64,000 nt of DNA from assembly GCA_049860595.1 (NCBI GenBank), contig CP187551.1. One strand, 5' to 3'. Both the position numbers and the translations under genes were made by a program. Below are positions 29,419 to 40,236 of this stretch, in pieces (the stretch's first letter is position 1; the number at the start of each line of letters is the position of its first letter). Below the pieces are notes generated by a model that saw only the letters and a program-made list of their open reading frames with translations, was not told the origin of the DNA and searched no databases. The stretch comes from Methanocaldococcus sp. 16A. GTDB lineage: Archaea > AGJL01 > Methanococci > Methanococcales > Methanocaldococcaceae.

Positions 29419-31392
29419 ATGATGACTTTTGAAATAAAACACAGGGATGCAATGGGAAGAATTGGAATCTTAAACATAAATGGAAAGAAAATTGAAACTC
29501 CCACAATAATGCCTGTTATTCACCCAAATCCAAAAAAACAGATTGTATCAATGGATTTAATAAATAAATTGGCAGATGTTATTATTACAAACTCATACAT
29601 AACCTATAGAACAAAACATTTAAGAGAGATTGCTGAAGAAAAAGGGATTCACAAATTAATTGGCTTTGATAAAGTAATTGTTACAGATAGTGGTTCTTTT
29701 CAGTTGGGAGTTTATGGAGACGTTGAAGTTGAGCCATTAGAAATTGTAGAGTTTCAAGAAAGGATTGGGGTGGATGTAGGAACAATATTAGACATCCCCA
29801 CTCCACCAGATGTTGATAGAGAAAGAGCTGAGAAAGAATTGGAAGAAACTTTAAAGAGGGCTAAAGCATCAATAGAATTGAAAAAAGAGAAAGAATTTAA
29901 ATTATTATTAAATGGAACTGTTCAAGGTTCAACCTATTTAGATTTGAGGCAAAAATCTGCTAAAGATATGGCTAAGTTGGGCTTTGATATATACCCAATT
30001 GGAGCTGTTGTTCCATTGATGGAACAATACAGATACAGAGATGTTGCTGAAATCATAATAAACTCAAAGATGTATCTACCTACAAACAAGCCAGTACATT
30101 TATTTGGTTGTGGGCATCCAATGTTCTTTGCTTTGGCTGTTGCTTTAGGATGTGATTTGTTTGATTCTGCTGCTTATGCTTTATATGCTAAAGATGATAG
30201 ATACTTAACTGAGAGAGGAACCTTACACTTAGAAGAGATTAAAGATTTAAAGGCATTCCCTTGTTCCTGTCCTGTTTGCTCATCTTATACACCAAAAGAA
30301 TTAAGCAGTTTAAATAAAAAAGATAGAGAAAGATTATTGGCAGAACATAATTTATATGTAACTTTTGAAGAGATAAATAGAATAAAACAGGCAATAAGAG
30401 ATGGGAGCTTATGGGAGTTAGTTGAAGAGAGATGTAGATGCCATCCAAAACTTTTAGAGGGCTATAGAGTTGTTAGGAAGTATATGGATTATATAGAGAA
30501 ATTCGACCCAGTAACTAAAAAATCTGCTTTCTTCTATAGTGGCATTGAATCAATGTTTAGACCAGAGGTTTTGAGGCATAAGAAGAGATTAAAGAGAATA
30601 AAATATAATAAAGTTTATATAACAACCATTTCAAGCTCTGTAGATAAGCCATATCATGAAAATTTAAATGTAGTTGAAACAGATGTAGATATTTTAATTA
30701 AAAATCCAGTATTTGGGTTTATTCCATATTATGTAGATACTATCTACCCATTATCCCAACATGAAATTCCTGAACTTTTTGATTATGAAAAAGAAATAAA
30801 CAAGAGGTTTGTTGATGAATTTATTGATTGGTTAAAGAAAAAAGTTGGAGAAGACAATATATTAGATATAATGACTTACAACTACTACATAAATTATTTC
30901 TCTGCTACAAAAAAAATCAATACTGATGCTTTAAGGATTAGGAAGATGTTACAGTATCAATATGGTTTTGACATAATTGATGATGAGCTAATGAATAAAA
31001 TAAAGGTTGTTAGAAGTAAAACCACAGGTAGATTAAGGCAGGTTTTAGATGAAAATGGAGAAATTTTATTCTCAATTAGAAGTAACGACAATCTTTTAAT
31101 ACCTTCTGAAAAAGGAGCTAAATTGTTGTGGAAAAAGATTCCTTTCCCAAAATATAGAGTTGTTGTAAATAAAGAGGCTGAAAAATTTGCAAGAGAAGGT
31201 AGAAATGTATTTGCTAAATTTGTTATTGATTGTGATGAAGAACTAAGACCTTATGAAGAAGTTTTGGTCGTTAATGAAAATGATGAACTCTTAGCTTATG
31301 GAACAGTTATATTAAATGGCATTGAGTTGAAAGAATTTGATTATGGATTGGCTGTTAAAGTTAGGGGTGGTATAAAAGATGGCAACATGTAA
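29419..31392 (+). CDS. tgtA: Archaeosine tRNA-guanine(15) transglycosylase with C-terminal PUA domain
   Basis: ETPTIMPV, TDSGSFQ, HLFGCGHP, FDSAAY, CSCPVC, HNLY. Confidence 0.96.
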   Translation: MMTFEIKHRDAMGRIGILNINGKKIETPTIMPVIHPNPKKQIVSMDLINKLADVIITNSYITYRTKHLREIAEEKGIHKLIGFDKVIVTDSGSFQLGVYGDVEVEPLEIVEFQERIGVDVGTILDIPTPPDVDRERAEKELEETLKRAKASIELKKEKEFKLLLNGTVQGSTYLDLRQKSAKDMAKLGFDIYPIGAVVPLMEQYRYRDVAEIIINSKMYLPTNKPVHLFGCGHPMFFALAVALGCDLFDSAAYALYAKDDRYLTERGTLHLEEIKDLKAFPCSCPVCSSYTPKELSSLNKKDRERLLAEHNLYVTFEEINRIKQAIRDGSLWELVEERCRCHPKLLEGYRVVRKYMDYIEKFDPVTKKSAFFYSGIESMFRPEVLRHKKRLKRIKYNKVYITTISSSVDKPYHENLNVVETDVDILIKNPVFGFIPYYVDTIYPLSQHEIPELFDYEKEINKRFVDEFIDWLKKKVGEDNILDIMTYNYYINYFSATKKINTDALRIRKMLQYQYGFDIIDDELMNKIKVVRSKTTGRLRQVLDENGEILFSIRSNDNLLIPSEKGAKLLWKKIPFPKYRVVVNKEAEKFAREGRNVFAKFVIDCDEELRPYEEVLVVNENDELLAYGTVILNGIELKEFDYGLAVKVRGGIKDGNM

Positions 31393-31699
31393 TGTATTCG
31401 CTTATGGAGAGTTAATGAAAAAAGAGAGATTATTGGAATTGATAAATAGAGTGCCAAAGATGATTAAAAGTAGAGTGTATGGCTATGAAAAGTTTTTTGA
31501 TGAAACAATTGGATATTATGGAGCTAGGAAAAAAGAAAATAGTTATATTGATGGTATTATATTATTAGATATTACTGATAACGAATTAGAAATTTTTGAT
31601 GATTATGAAGATTTAAATGTTTATTACATTAGAGAGAAAACCGTTGCATTAGATGAAAATGGAAAGAAATATGATGTTTATATTTATTTAAGGATATAG
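31379..31699 (+). CDS. Gamma-glutamylcyclotransferase / AIG2-like protein
   Basis: VFAYGELM, FDDYED..YYIR, VYIY. Confidence 0.8.
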   Translation: MATCNVFAYGELMKKERLLELINRVPKMIKSRVYGYEKFFDETIGYYGARKKENSYIDGIILLDITDNELEIFDDYEDLNVYYIREKTVALDENGKKYDVYIYLRI

Positions 31700-31810
31700 G
31701 TGAATTTTTATAGATGTAAAAAAGATGTAGAAAATTTAGTTTGTATATAGCTAAAAAACACTAAAACTTTAAGGTGGTAATGAATCAGGAAAAATAAGGA
31801 GCTGTTATAT

Positions 31811-32044
31811 ATGAATACAATTCTAAAAAAATTACTGTCCAATAAAGGACAATCTTCAATTGAAATTATTGTATTGATTAGTTCAGCTTCATTGGCTGCC
31901 ATAATTATAGCATATTTTTATATATCCTCTTTAAAAGATTTAGCTTATGAAATGAATAACATGGGTAAAAAGGCAGAAAATTTTATAAATATAACCAACA
32001 ACAAATCTTCAGGATACATAGATAAGTTAAATAATTCATTATAA
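31811..32044 (+). CDS. Class III signal peptide (type IV pilin-like) protein, copy 1
   Basis: KKLLSNKG/QSSIE followed by a hydrophobic helix. Confidence 0.85.
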   Translation: MNTILKKLLSNKGQSSIEIIVLISSASLAAIIIAYFYISSLKDLAYEMNNMGKKAENFINITNNKSSGYIDKLNNSL

Positions 32045-32182
32045 TCAAACTTGTAGATTGACTGAAGTTTATAGTTTAAAAAATAGAAAAGTATATATAA
32101 TCTCACATCTAAAATTGGTTATGTAGGTTATATTGTTGGTAATTATAATATTGTCTAAAAAAGCCAACTAAAGGTGATTATA

Positions 32183-32407
32183 ATGAAACTCTTAAAGAAA
32201 TTATTATCAAATAAAGGACAGTTATCAATGGAAGTTGGAATTTTAGTTGCTGCGGCTGTATTAGTCGCGATAATTGCAGGATACTACTATATAAGTAATG
32301 CAAAGAAAGCTGCAGAGAGTTCTGGACAGCAAGCGGAAAGTTTTGTAGGAAATACTAGTAATTATGCTACTAAAACCTTAGAGAATTTAAGCGACACACT
32401 TTCATAA
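32183..32407 (+). CDS. Class III signal peptide (type IV pilin-like) protein, copy 2
   Basis: KKLLSNKG/QLSMEVGILVAAAVLVA; own TATA-like box near 32090; N-glycosylation sequons NTS, NLS. Confidence 0.88.
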   Translation: MKLLKKLLSNKGQLSMEVGILVAAAVLVAIIAGYYYISNAKKAAESSGQQAESFVGNTSNYATKTLENLSDTLS

Positions 32408-32549
32408 ATCCATACTTGGCTATCAATAATTTCTATTTTTTTATTTAAAGTTAATCCAAATAGTTAAATTTATATATAAAAACATAAAATTTAAAAAAGG
32501 TTTTAAATGTTTTATAGTTCGAATACAATCTTTTTAATATTACACTAAA

Positions 32550-33164
32550 TTGGTGAAAGTGATGATTCTAAGTGATAAGGATATACTTAAATTAATAAAA
32601 GATAACAAATTAACAATAGAGCCATTTAACAAAGAGTTTTTAGGTCCTTCATCCTACGATGTAACCTTGGGAGATGAATTTATAATTTATAACGACGAAG
32701 TTTATGATTTATCAAAACAACTGAATTACAAAAGAATAAAAATAAATAAATCTATTTTAGTTTGTCCGCTAAATTACAACTTAAGTGAGGAAAAAATTAA
32801 TTATTTCAAAGAAAAGTATAATGTAGATTATGTTGTTAAGGGAGGAGTTTTAGGAACTACCAATGAATACATAGAGCTTCCAAAGGATATTACTTCTTTT
32901 TATCAAGGTAGAAGTAGTTTGGGAAGGGTATTTTTAACTTCTCACCAAACAGCAGGATTTATTGATGCAGGCTTTAAAGGAAAGATTACCTTAGAAATTG
33001 TTGCTCATGATAAACCAGTTATATTATATCCAAACATGAGAATTGGACAGTTAATATTTTTTAAATTAAACTCTCCTGCTGAAATAGGATATTGTGAAAA
33101 AAAGACATCAAAATATGCATACCAAAAAAGTGTTATGCCTTCACTAATTCATAAGGACTTTTAA
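32550..33164 (+). CDS. dcd: dCTP deaminase (bifunctional dUMP-forming type)
   Basis: MILSDKDI, SYDVTLG, GRSSLGRVFLTSHQTAG.IDAGFKGKITLE, SKY; start probably 32562. Confidence 0.93.
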   Translation: MVKVMILSDKDILKLIKDNKLTIEPFNKEFLGPSSYDVTLGDEFIIYNDEVYDLSKQLNYKRIKINKSILVCPLNYNLSEEKINYFKEKYNVDYVVKGGVLGTTNEYIELPKDITSFYQGRSSLGRVFLTSHQTAGFIDAGFKGKITLEIVAHDKPVILYPNMRIGQLIFFKLNSPAEIGYCEKKTSKYAYQKSVMPSLIHKDF

Positions 33165-33256
33165 TAGGACTTTCGCAGGAATAAATTTTTTATTAAATCA
33201 TAGATACCTAAAGGTGTCAAAGTTCCTTATTTAATATATAAACTGCGAAAGTCCTA
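33165..33256. mobile_element. Best-preserved family A MITE-like element, 92 bp
   Basis: Perfect 14-bp TIR taggactttcgcag / ctgcgaaagtccta, central hairpin gatacc-taaa-ggtgtc, no ORF. Confidence 0.85.
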
Positions 33257-33289
33257 TTTTAAAAAATAAAAATTGTTAAAAATAAATAT

Positions 33290-34480
33290 TTATTCTTTTT
33301 TATTTTTTACCATCTCATACAACATTGCCTGCAATCCATGATATTTAACCATTCCTGCAAGTTCATTTTGGTCAATCTCCTTTTCATCAAATGAAACCAT
33401 CTCTTTGCTATACAATGCATAAGGGCTATCTCTACCAACAACTCTTGCAGTACCTCCAAATAATTTAACTTTTACAGTTCCAGTAACTCTTTCTTGAGTT
33501 TTGTCTATAAATGCATCTAAATCCTCTCTTAATGGGTCAAACCACAATCCTTTATAAATCAATTCTCCATATAAGCTATCAACTATCTCTTTAAATCTAA
33601 GTTCATCTCTTGTTAAAACTAACTGCTCTAAAGCTTTGTGAGCTGTTAATAATAAAACAGCCCCTGGACATTCGTAGTTTTCTCTTGATTTTAATCCAAT
33701 AATTCTATCTTCCATAATATCTATTCTTCCAACTCCATGCTTACCTGCAATTTCATTAGCTTTCTTTATCAACTCAACAGGTTCTAATTTCTCCCCATTT
33801 ATGGCTATTGGAATTCCTTCTTTAAATTCAATCTCAACAATCTCTTCTTCTTTATCTTCTACTGGGTTTTTAGTCCATGCATATATCTCTTCTGGTGGAA
33901 CAAAGTCAGGATTTTCTAACTCGCTACCTTCAATACTTCTTCCCCATAAGTTTTCGTCTATACTATATTTTTTACTTTCTGTTGGGATTGGAATTCCTTT
34001 TTCTTTTGCATACTCAATTTCTTCAACTCTTGTTAAGTTTAAATCTCTGATAGGAGCTATAATCTTTAAGTGAGGAGCCTTAATTCTTATGGTTGTTTCA
34101 AATCTGAATTGGTCGTTTCCTTTTCCAGTGCATCCATGAGCTACTGCCTCGGCATTCTCTTTTAAAGCAACTTCTACAACTTTGTAAGCTATTAGAGGTC
34201 TTGCCAATGCTGTTGATAATGGATAACCTTCATAAACTGCATTCGCTTTTATAGCTCTAAATATGTAATCTTTAACAAACTCTTCCTTAGCATCTATTGT
34301 ATAGTGCTTTAAAACTCCAAGTTTTTTAGCTTTCTCTTCAACCTCCTTTATTTCTTCTTCTGGCTGTCCAACATCTACACAGACTGAAACTACCTTATAT
34401 CCATACTTATCTTCCAATAACTTTAAACAACAGCTTGTATCTAATCCTCCAGAGTAGGCTAAAACTGCAATTTTTTCCAT
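33290..34480 (-). CDS. argG: Argininosuccinate synthase
   Basis: [38 protein letters not shown]. Confidence 0.98.
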   Translation of the reverse strand: MEKIAVLAYSGGLDTSCCLKLLEDKYGYKVVSVCVDVGQPEEEIKEVEEKAKKLGVLKHYTIDAKEEFVKDYIFRAIKANAVYEGYPLSTALARPLIAYKVVEVALKENAEAVAHGCTGKGNDQFRFETTIRIKAPHLKIIAPIRDLNLTRVEEIEYAKEKGIPIPTESKKYSIDENLWGRSIEGSELENPDFVPPEEIYAWTKNPVEDKEEEIVEIEFKEGIPIAINGEKLEPVELIKKANEIAGKHGVGRIDIMEDRIIGLKSRENYECPGAVLLLTAHKALEQLVLTRDELRFKEIVDSLYGELIYKGLWFDPLREDLDAFIDKTQERVTGTVKVKLFGGTARVVGRDSPYALYSKEMVSFDEKEIDQNELAGMVKYHGLQAMLYEMVKNKKE

Positions 34481-34617
34481 AACAATCCCTCACAAAATAT
34501 TTTTTATAATTATTTCTAATTATTTTTTTATATTACTGTGAAGATAACTATAACCAAAGGTTTTATTTAAGGTTTTATGTATAGTATAAATAATCTAAAA
34601 CACTAAATTGGGATATA

Positions 34618-35895
34618 ATGGTAAAGAAAAATGGTAATGGAAAAAGAATATGTGTAATTGGATTAGGTTACATTGGATTACCTACAGCTTCAATGTTAGC
34701 AATACATGGATTTGATGTTATAGGTGTAGATATTAATGGAAAAAGAGTAAAAGAGATTAAAGAATTAAGCTTTAAAACTACAGAGAAGGATTTAATGACA
34801 TTAGTTAAGGGAGCAATAAACTCTGGAAATTTAAAAGTGCAAACAAAACCAGATAAAGCAGATATTTATATTATTTGTGTGCCTACTCCTTGCATAGAGT
34901 GTGATGGAGAGAAAAAATGTGATTTAAGTTATTTGCATAAAGCAATTGAAAACATAAAGCCCTATCTTGAGGATGGAAATCTAATTATTATAGAGAGTAC
35001 AATTCCCCCAGGAACTACTGATGATATTTATAAAAATTTATCAAAAGATAAAAAAATTTATTTAGCTCACTGCCCAGAAAGAGTTTTACCTGGAAATATT
35101 TTAAAAGAATTGGTTGAAAACGACAGAGTTATTGGAGGAGTTGATGAAAAATCTGCTGAGATGGCAAAAGAGATTTACGAAACCTTTGTTACTGGAAAGA
35201 TATATTTAACAGATGCCAAAACAGCAGAAATGGTTAAGTTAATGGAAAATACCTATAGAGATGTTAATATTGCCTTAGCTAACGAATTTGCAAAAATTGC
35301 AGAGGAAATTGGCATTGATGTTTGGGAAGCAATTAGCTTAGCTAATAAACATCCAAGAGTTAATATTTTAAAACCTGGTCCTGGAGTTGGAGGGCATTGT
35401 ATAAGCATAGACCCATGGTTTATTGTAGAGAAATCAAAAAATGCTATGCTTATAAGAACTGCAAGAGAGTTAAATGACTCCATGCCATTATTTGTTGTTG
35501 AGAAGATTAAAAAAATAATAAAAAAAGATACTGGAAAAGTGGCAATATTTGGAGTAACATATAAAGGAAATGTAGATGATACAAGGGAAAGTCCTGCTGA
35601 AAAGGTTGTCAAAAAATTAATTGAAGATGGTTTTGAAGTTAAATGCTATGATAATTATGCAAAGAATTTTGTATTTCCATTATATAGCTTAGATGAAGCT
35701 GTTGATAAAGCTGACATTATTGTTGTGTTGGCAGACCACAATGAATACAAAGATTTTAATGAAAAAGATATAAAAAATATTGCTTCAAAAGTAAGAAATA
35801 AAATAATTTTTGATACAAAAAATATAATAAATAGGGCAGCTTGGGAAAAAGAAGGATTTAAAGTTTATGTCTTAGGTGATGGAAAGAATGCATAA
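34618..35895 (+). CDS. wecC: UDP-N-acetyl-D-mannosamine dehydrogenase
   Basis: [42 protein letters not shown]. Confidence 0.92.
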   Translation: MVKKNGNGKRICVIGLGYIGLPTASMLAIHGFDVIGVDINGKRVKEIKELSFKTTEKDLMTLVKGAINSGNLKVQTKPDKADIYIICVPTPCIECDGEKKCDLSYLHKAIENIKPYLEDGNLIIIESTIPPGTTDDIYKNLSKDKKIYLAHCPERVLPGNILKELVENDRVIGGVDEKSAEMAKEIYETFVTGKIYLTDAKTAEMVKLMENTYRDVNIALANEFAKIAEEIGIDVWEAISLANKHPRVNILKPGPGVGGHCISIDPWFIVEKSKNAMLIRTARELNDSMPLFVVEKIKKIIKKDTGKVAIFGVTYKGNVDDTRESPAEKVVKKLIEDGFEVKCYDNYAKNFVFPLYSLDEAVDKADIIVVLADHNEYKDFNEKDIKNIASKVRNKIIFDTKNIINRAAWEKEGFKVYVLGDGKNA

Positions 35896-36358
35896 CCTAA
35901 ACAATACATACTTAAAAGAATGTATTCATTTTTTAGATAGTTGTATAAATGCATTAAAAGAATTTGATTTGAGAACTTTTGTGTCAAGATTTTATTATGG
36001 AATGTTGTATTTATTGAATGCTTTTGAGTTTTATATTAGAGAAAATATAGAAGATTGGCATAATAAAGAGAGATATGCAAATTTCAACAAAAAGATTAAA
36101 AACTTTTTGATGGATTTAAAGCTTTATAGGCATGCGTCTGATTATATTTTGTCTCCAAGGTTAGAGCATGGAAAGCATTATGAGGAGCATTGGGAAGAAT
36201 TTAAGGAGAGCTATCTAAAATTAAAATTCTTTCACTATTTGCATATAATAAGGCAAGAACTGTATAGCTATAAAGAAAATCAACTTATAGCAATCATTAT
36301 TGAAAAGCTTGAAATTATTGAAAAACTCTTAAAGCTTTATATAATGTTAGAGGAATGA
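35888..36358 (+). CDS. Putative HEPN-domain protein
   Basis: SRFYY and RHASDY motifs resemble UPF0332-type HEPN; overlaps the wecC stop. Confidence 0.6.
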   Translation: MHNLNNTYLKECIHFLDSCINALKEFDLRTFVSRFYYGMLYLLNAFEFYIRENIEDWHNKERYANFNKKIKNFLMDLKLYRHASDYILSPRLEHGKHYEEHWEEFKESYLKLKFFHYLHIIRQELYSYKENQLIAIIIEKLEIIEKLLKLYIMLEE

Positions 36359-36894
36359 ATATGAAGAATCTAATAAAAATATTAAAGCAATTTGGCATTT
36401 ATAATGAATACTTAAAAATTTTAGATATGGAACTTGACGGAGATAGATATATAACAATTTTAACACCAATAACTTTAAATTGGATTGAGGAGGAGGAAAT
36501 TGAGGAAGCATTAGAAGAGATATTAAAAAATGTAAGAGTTAAGATTTCAAGACTGCCTTTAAACAAGTTCATTAAAATTTACTTAGAGAAGAATGTTAAA
36601 AATAAAGCTTATGGAGATAAGATAGAGAATATTAACATTGAAGGAGAAAACTATGTATTATATATTGATTGGAAGAATAAAAAGATAGCTATCCACAAAT
36701 TTAATGGAAAAAATCCTATAAAAGAGAGTTGCAAGCTCTCATCCAATTGGGAAACGATGTGGGGAATTTGGGTTTTAGGATTTGAAAGTAAAGAAAAAGC
36801 TAAGGAATTTGCTGAAAATCTTGCAGATGAAATCTATAAATATTATGAAATCGATTTTGATATTGAGGAACATAAAAGATGCCTGAAAGATTAA
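36355..36894 (+). CDS. Hypothetical acidic protein coupled to the HEPN-like gene
   Basis: ATGA overlap; no confidently recognised motif. Confidence 0.7.
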   Translation: MNMKNLIKILKQFGIYNEYLKILDMELDGDRYITILTPITLNWIEEEEIEEALEEILKNVRVKISRLPLNKFIKIYLEKNVKNKAYGDKIENINIEGENYVLYIDWKNKKIAIHKFNGKNPIKESCKLSSNWETMWGIWVLGFESKEKAKEFAENLADEIYKYYEIDFDIEEHKRCLKD

Positions 36895-36934
36895 TCTCGA
36901 TTATGTGGGATAGTTAAGCCAAATGTCCAATATT

Positions 36935-37004
36935 ATTATGAGGCATTGCCGAGCGTTAGCGAGGCAATGCATCCTGGGTATACCAATAGGGCGAAGCCCT
37001 ATGG
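36935..37004. repeat. REP-like double-hairpin cassette
   Basis: gcattgcc-gagcgttagcga-ggcaatgc, ggtatacc, atagggc-gaa-gccctat; homologous to 19761-19828 and 55518-55589. Confidence 0.85.
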
Positions 37005-37028
37005 TTTTAAAAGTTTCTTGGTGATAGA

Positions 37029-37853
37029 ATGATTAAAGTAGCTGTTACCGGAGCTTTGGGTAGAATGGGAAGTAATATAATTAAAACCATAACTCAACAA
37101 GATGATATGAAAGTGGTTTGTGCATTTGAAATACCAAATCATCCAAAAAAAGGAGAGGATGTTGGTGAATTAATAGGCATTGGTAAAATTGGCGTTCCAT
37201 TATCAACTGCAGATGAGTTAGATAAAGTTTTAAAAGAAACTAAGCCAGATGTATTGGTTGATTTTACCATAGCTCATGCATGTGTTGAAAATGTTAAAAT
37301 AGCTGCTAAAAATGGTGTTAATTTAGTTATTGGAACTACTGGCTTTACAGAAGAGCAAAAGGCGGAGATTGAAAAAGCTATTGAAGATAATAAAGTTGCA
37401 GCAGTAATATCTCAAAATTTTGCGATTGGTGTTAATATATTCTTTAAAACTTTAGAGTTTTTAGCTAAAAAGCTTGGACATTATGATATTGAGATTATAG
37501 AGATGCATCATAGGTATAAAAAGGATGCTCCTTCTGGAACCGCTTTAAGAGCTGCTGAGATTATAAAAGCTAATAGGGAAATTGATAGTGTCTTTGTCTT
37601 TGGTAGAAAAGGAATGACTGGAGAAAGAAAGAAAGAAGAGATTGGAATACATGCACTAAGAGGAGGAGATATTGTAGGAGACCACACCGTTATATTCGCT
37701 GGAGATGGAGAAAGAATTGAGCTCACTCACAGTGCAAGTAGTAGGCAGGCATTTGTTAATGGAGTTATATTAGCTATAAGATTTATTGCTAACAAAAAAG
37801 AAGGTATTTATAATACATTTGATGTTTTAGGATTGAATGATATTAAGTTTTAA
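37029..37853 (+). CDS. dapB: 4-hydroxy-tetrahydrodipicolinate reductase
   Basis: GALGRMG, VIGTTG, EMHHRYKKDAPSGTA. Confidence 0.97.
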   Translation: MIKVAVTGALGRMGSNIIKTITQQDDMKVVCAFEIPNHPKKGEDVGELIGIGKIGVPLSTADELDKVLKETKPDVLVDFTIAHACVENVKIAAKNGVNLVIGTTGFTEEQKAEIEKAIEDNKVAAVISQNFAIGVNIFFKTLEFLAKKLGHYDIEIIEMHHRYKKDAPSGTALRAAEIIKANREIDSVFVFGRKGMTGERKKEEIGIHALRGGDIVGDHTVIFAGDGERIELTHSASSRQAFVNGVILAIRFIANKKEGIYNTFDVLGLNDIKF

Positions 37854-37903
37854 AAGCAAAAATTTTAAATAAGATAAAAATTGATTAATAAAACGCTATT
37901 TTA

Positions 37904-37964
37904 ACCCTACCTCAAAGTAGGTAGGGTGTATATGCATACCGCACCCCATAGTGGGTGCGGTGTA
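37904..37964. other. Tandem GC-rich hairpin pair with compensatory changes (candidate structured RNA)
   Basis: accctacct-caaagt-aggtagggt and accgcaccc-catagt-gggtgcggt. Confidence 0.65.
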
Positions 37965-37994
37965 ATCTATTAATATTAAATTTAAAGACCAAAT

Positions 37995-39110
37995 TTATTC
38001 ATCATTTGAGTTAGATTCTGTTTTTTCTTCATAATTATTTGTATTATTATTCTCTCCTGTCTCCTCTTCTAAGTCCTCATCAACTTCACTATAAACTCCC
38101 CACAGTGCTATTAAAGCAGCAGGAATGGCATGTTCAGTAGCAAATGTCATGTGTGGTGCTAAATCTATTACATAATCTGCAAATCTAAATAATCCTCTTG
38201 GAATTCCTTCTCTTGAACCACAAAATACAATAATTTCCCTCTTTCCTCTTAAATCTTTTGCTAATTTATCTTTAATTTTTGATAATTCATCCCCTTTTGG
38301 GTCGGTAATTATTAGCAACCTATTATTTCTCCTCTTATCTCTAACAACCTGATATAAATCTTGAACAGTTACAGGAACTAATTTAATCTCAAAAGGATAA
38401 GCTCTTTTTTGTATTTCATATCTTGAATGCTGTCCTATCTTAACTCCTCTAATAAATTCCATCAACTCATAAGCATCTACTTTTTCTTTTGGAGATATAA
38501 TTAACTCTTTAACTTCAAATCCCTGAGCAGCTCTTCCAATAGCTTCTCCAAATCTCCTACATACAATTTTCTCTCCTAAATAAGGCATCTGCACAATAAC
38601 AATTTTTTTAAATAATCTTCTTGCATCTTTTTTCTCTTTTGTGTATTTTTTATACTTCTCTCCTGGAGTTATTGATACATAAGTTTTATGTTTAAATACT
38701 TCAACATGAACAACCTTATCTGGATTGTTTAAATCAACTGAAGCGTTTGTTAAATCTTTAATCTTAGCTCCCAACACAATGTTTATATCTGTTGAGCTAA
38801 AATCATGTTTCCCTCTTTTTTTAGTTTCTACTGCAAAAGTTTCATCCTCTTTTATATAATCTTTAATTTTCTCAGCTAAATTAACTATTTTGTCAAAATC
38901 TGTCTCTGTTTCAAAATAAATCTTCAAAACTCTCTCAACTTCAGGAATTTGTAAAATTTTATCTTCTATATCTTCATCACTCTCAACTATAACAATCCCA
39001 TGAAAACCATCAGGAGAAACTATATAATTAAAATCTTTAACAATTTCTTTTAAATTATTCACAACGATGTTTTCAAAACCTCTTTGAGTTTTTATAATGT
39101 ATTTCTCCAT
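37995..39110 (-). CDS. THUMP-domain plus SPOUT-like RNA methyltransferase
   Basis: N-terminal THUMP (TFAVETKKRGKHDFSS, VDLNNPD); C-terminal knot-like TDPKG, GSREGIP, DLAP..TFATE. Confidence 0.8.
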   Translation of the reverse strand: MEKYIIKTQRGFENIVVNNLKEIVKDFNYIVSPDGFHGIVIVESDEDIEDKILQIPEVERVLKIYFETETDFDKIVNLAEKIKDYIKEDETFAVETKKRGKHDFSSTDINIVLGAKIKDLTNASVDLNNPDKVVHVEVFKHKTYVSITPGEKYKKYTKEKKDARRLFKKIVIVQMPYLGEKIVCRRFGEAIGRAAQGFEVKELIISPKEKVDAYELMEFIRGVKIGQHSRYEIQKRAYPFEIKLVPVTVQDLYQVVRDKRRNNRLLIITDPKGDELSKIKDKLAKDLRGKREIIVFCGSREGIPRGLFRFADYVIDLAPHMTFATEHAIPAALIALWGVYSEVDEDLEEETGENNNTNNYEEKTESNSNDE

Positions 39111-39111
39111 A

Positions 39112-40236
39112 TTATCCCTCTTTAGTTAATTTTAATCTTGCATTTACATAGAATAACAAAGTTAAAACTACTAAAAACCCATAATTTATACCTATTTCAC
39201 AATAAGCTAATAATAAAGAGGCATATATTGCATAGAGCTTTTTATCCCCTTCATATATAAATTTTGATACAACTCCTAACAATATAGCAAATAAAATCCC
39301 AAAAATCCCAAAATCAAGATATATCGTCCCAAATAACGTTGTTGTAATATTATGTTTATAATTAAACAACAACTCTCCAATAAGCTGCTCTCCATTAGGA
39401 ATTAAAGTAATTTTTCCTAAAGTTAATATATTGCTTTCAATAATTTTGCTAAGAACATACAAATCAAAATAAGCTCTATAACATAAAAGCTCTATTGGAT
39501 TTAATTTCCAACTTTGGTTAGAAGATAATAAAACGATTTTTCCCATAACCCCTAAAAATATTAATATTCCAAATGCTAATAAAACCATATATTTAAATGA
39601 AATATTTCTATATTTATATACAATATAAGCAATAAAGAGCATTAAAACTCCAACTTTATAGCCCAATAATACTAAAATTACAAACGCAATTATAAAATAA
39701 ACTTTATTATCAATGCCCCCATAAATTAAACCTCCCATGGATATTAATCTTAAAGGTTCTGAACTGATAGCCATTCTTACCTCATAATTAAATAGAGGAA
39801 TAGCTTTATAAATCAAAACTATTAAAAGAAATGCAATAATTCCAATAGCAAATAAAAAATCAGAGAATATCTTTTTTTTATAAAATCTTATAAAAATTTC
39901 TGCAACTATAAGAATAAAGAGTAAATAAATTGTTGATAATAACAAAGAATGTGTAATTTTAAAAGCCCCAAATATTGATAAAAAAGATAGCAGAAGAAAT
40001 GAGGTATATAAAAGATACTTATTAAATTTAATTTGCATAGAAAAAAGAAATGGCAAAGAAAACCCTGCAATAAAAATTGATAAAACTCCTAAAATTTTAA
40101 GCAAAGAATATAATCCAATATCATCTAAATATGGAATTGCCAAAATAAAAATTATCAAATGCCCAATTATAACAATAGATACTGGATGATACAAATCTAT
40201 CTTTTTAATTTTCTCAATAATATTGCATATATGCAT
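39112..40236 (-). CDS. Oligosaccharide repeat-unit polymerase (Wzy-like) membrane protein, paralog 2
   Basis: Multi-TM; IPLF...R, LLGYK, ITTT.FG..YLDFG.FG, motifs shared with the upstream paralog. Confidence 0.7.
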   Translation of the reverse strand: MHICNIIEKIKKIDLYHPVSIVIIGHLIIFILAIPYLDDIGLYSLLKILGVLSIFIAGFSLPFLFSMQIKFNKYLLYTSFLLLSFLSIFGAFKITHSLLLSTIYLLFILIVAEIFIRFYKKKIFSDFLFAIGIIAFLLIVLIYKAIPLFNYEVRMAISSEPLRLISMGGLIYGGIDNKVYFIIAFVILVLLGYKVGVLMLFIAYIVYKYRNISFKYMVLLAFGILIFLGVMGKIVLLSSNQSWKLNPIELLCYRAYFDLYVLSKIIESNILTLGKITLIPNGEQLIGELLFNYKHNITTTLFGTIYLDFGIFGILFAILLGVVSKFIYEGDKKLYAIYASLLLAYCEIGINYGFLVVLTLLFYVNARLKLTKEG

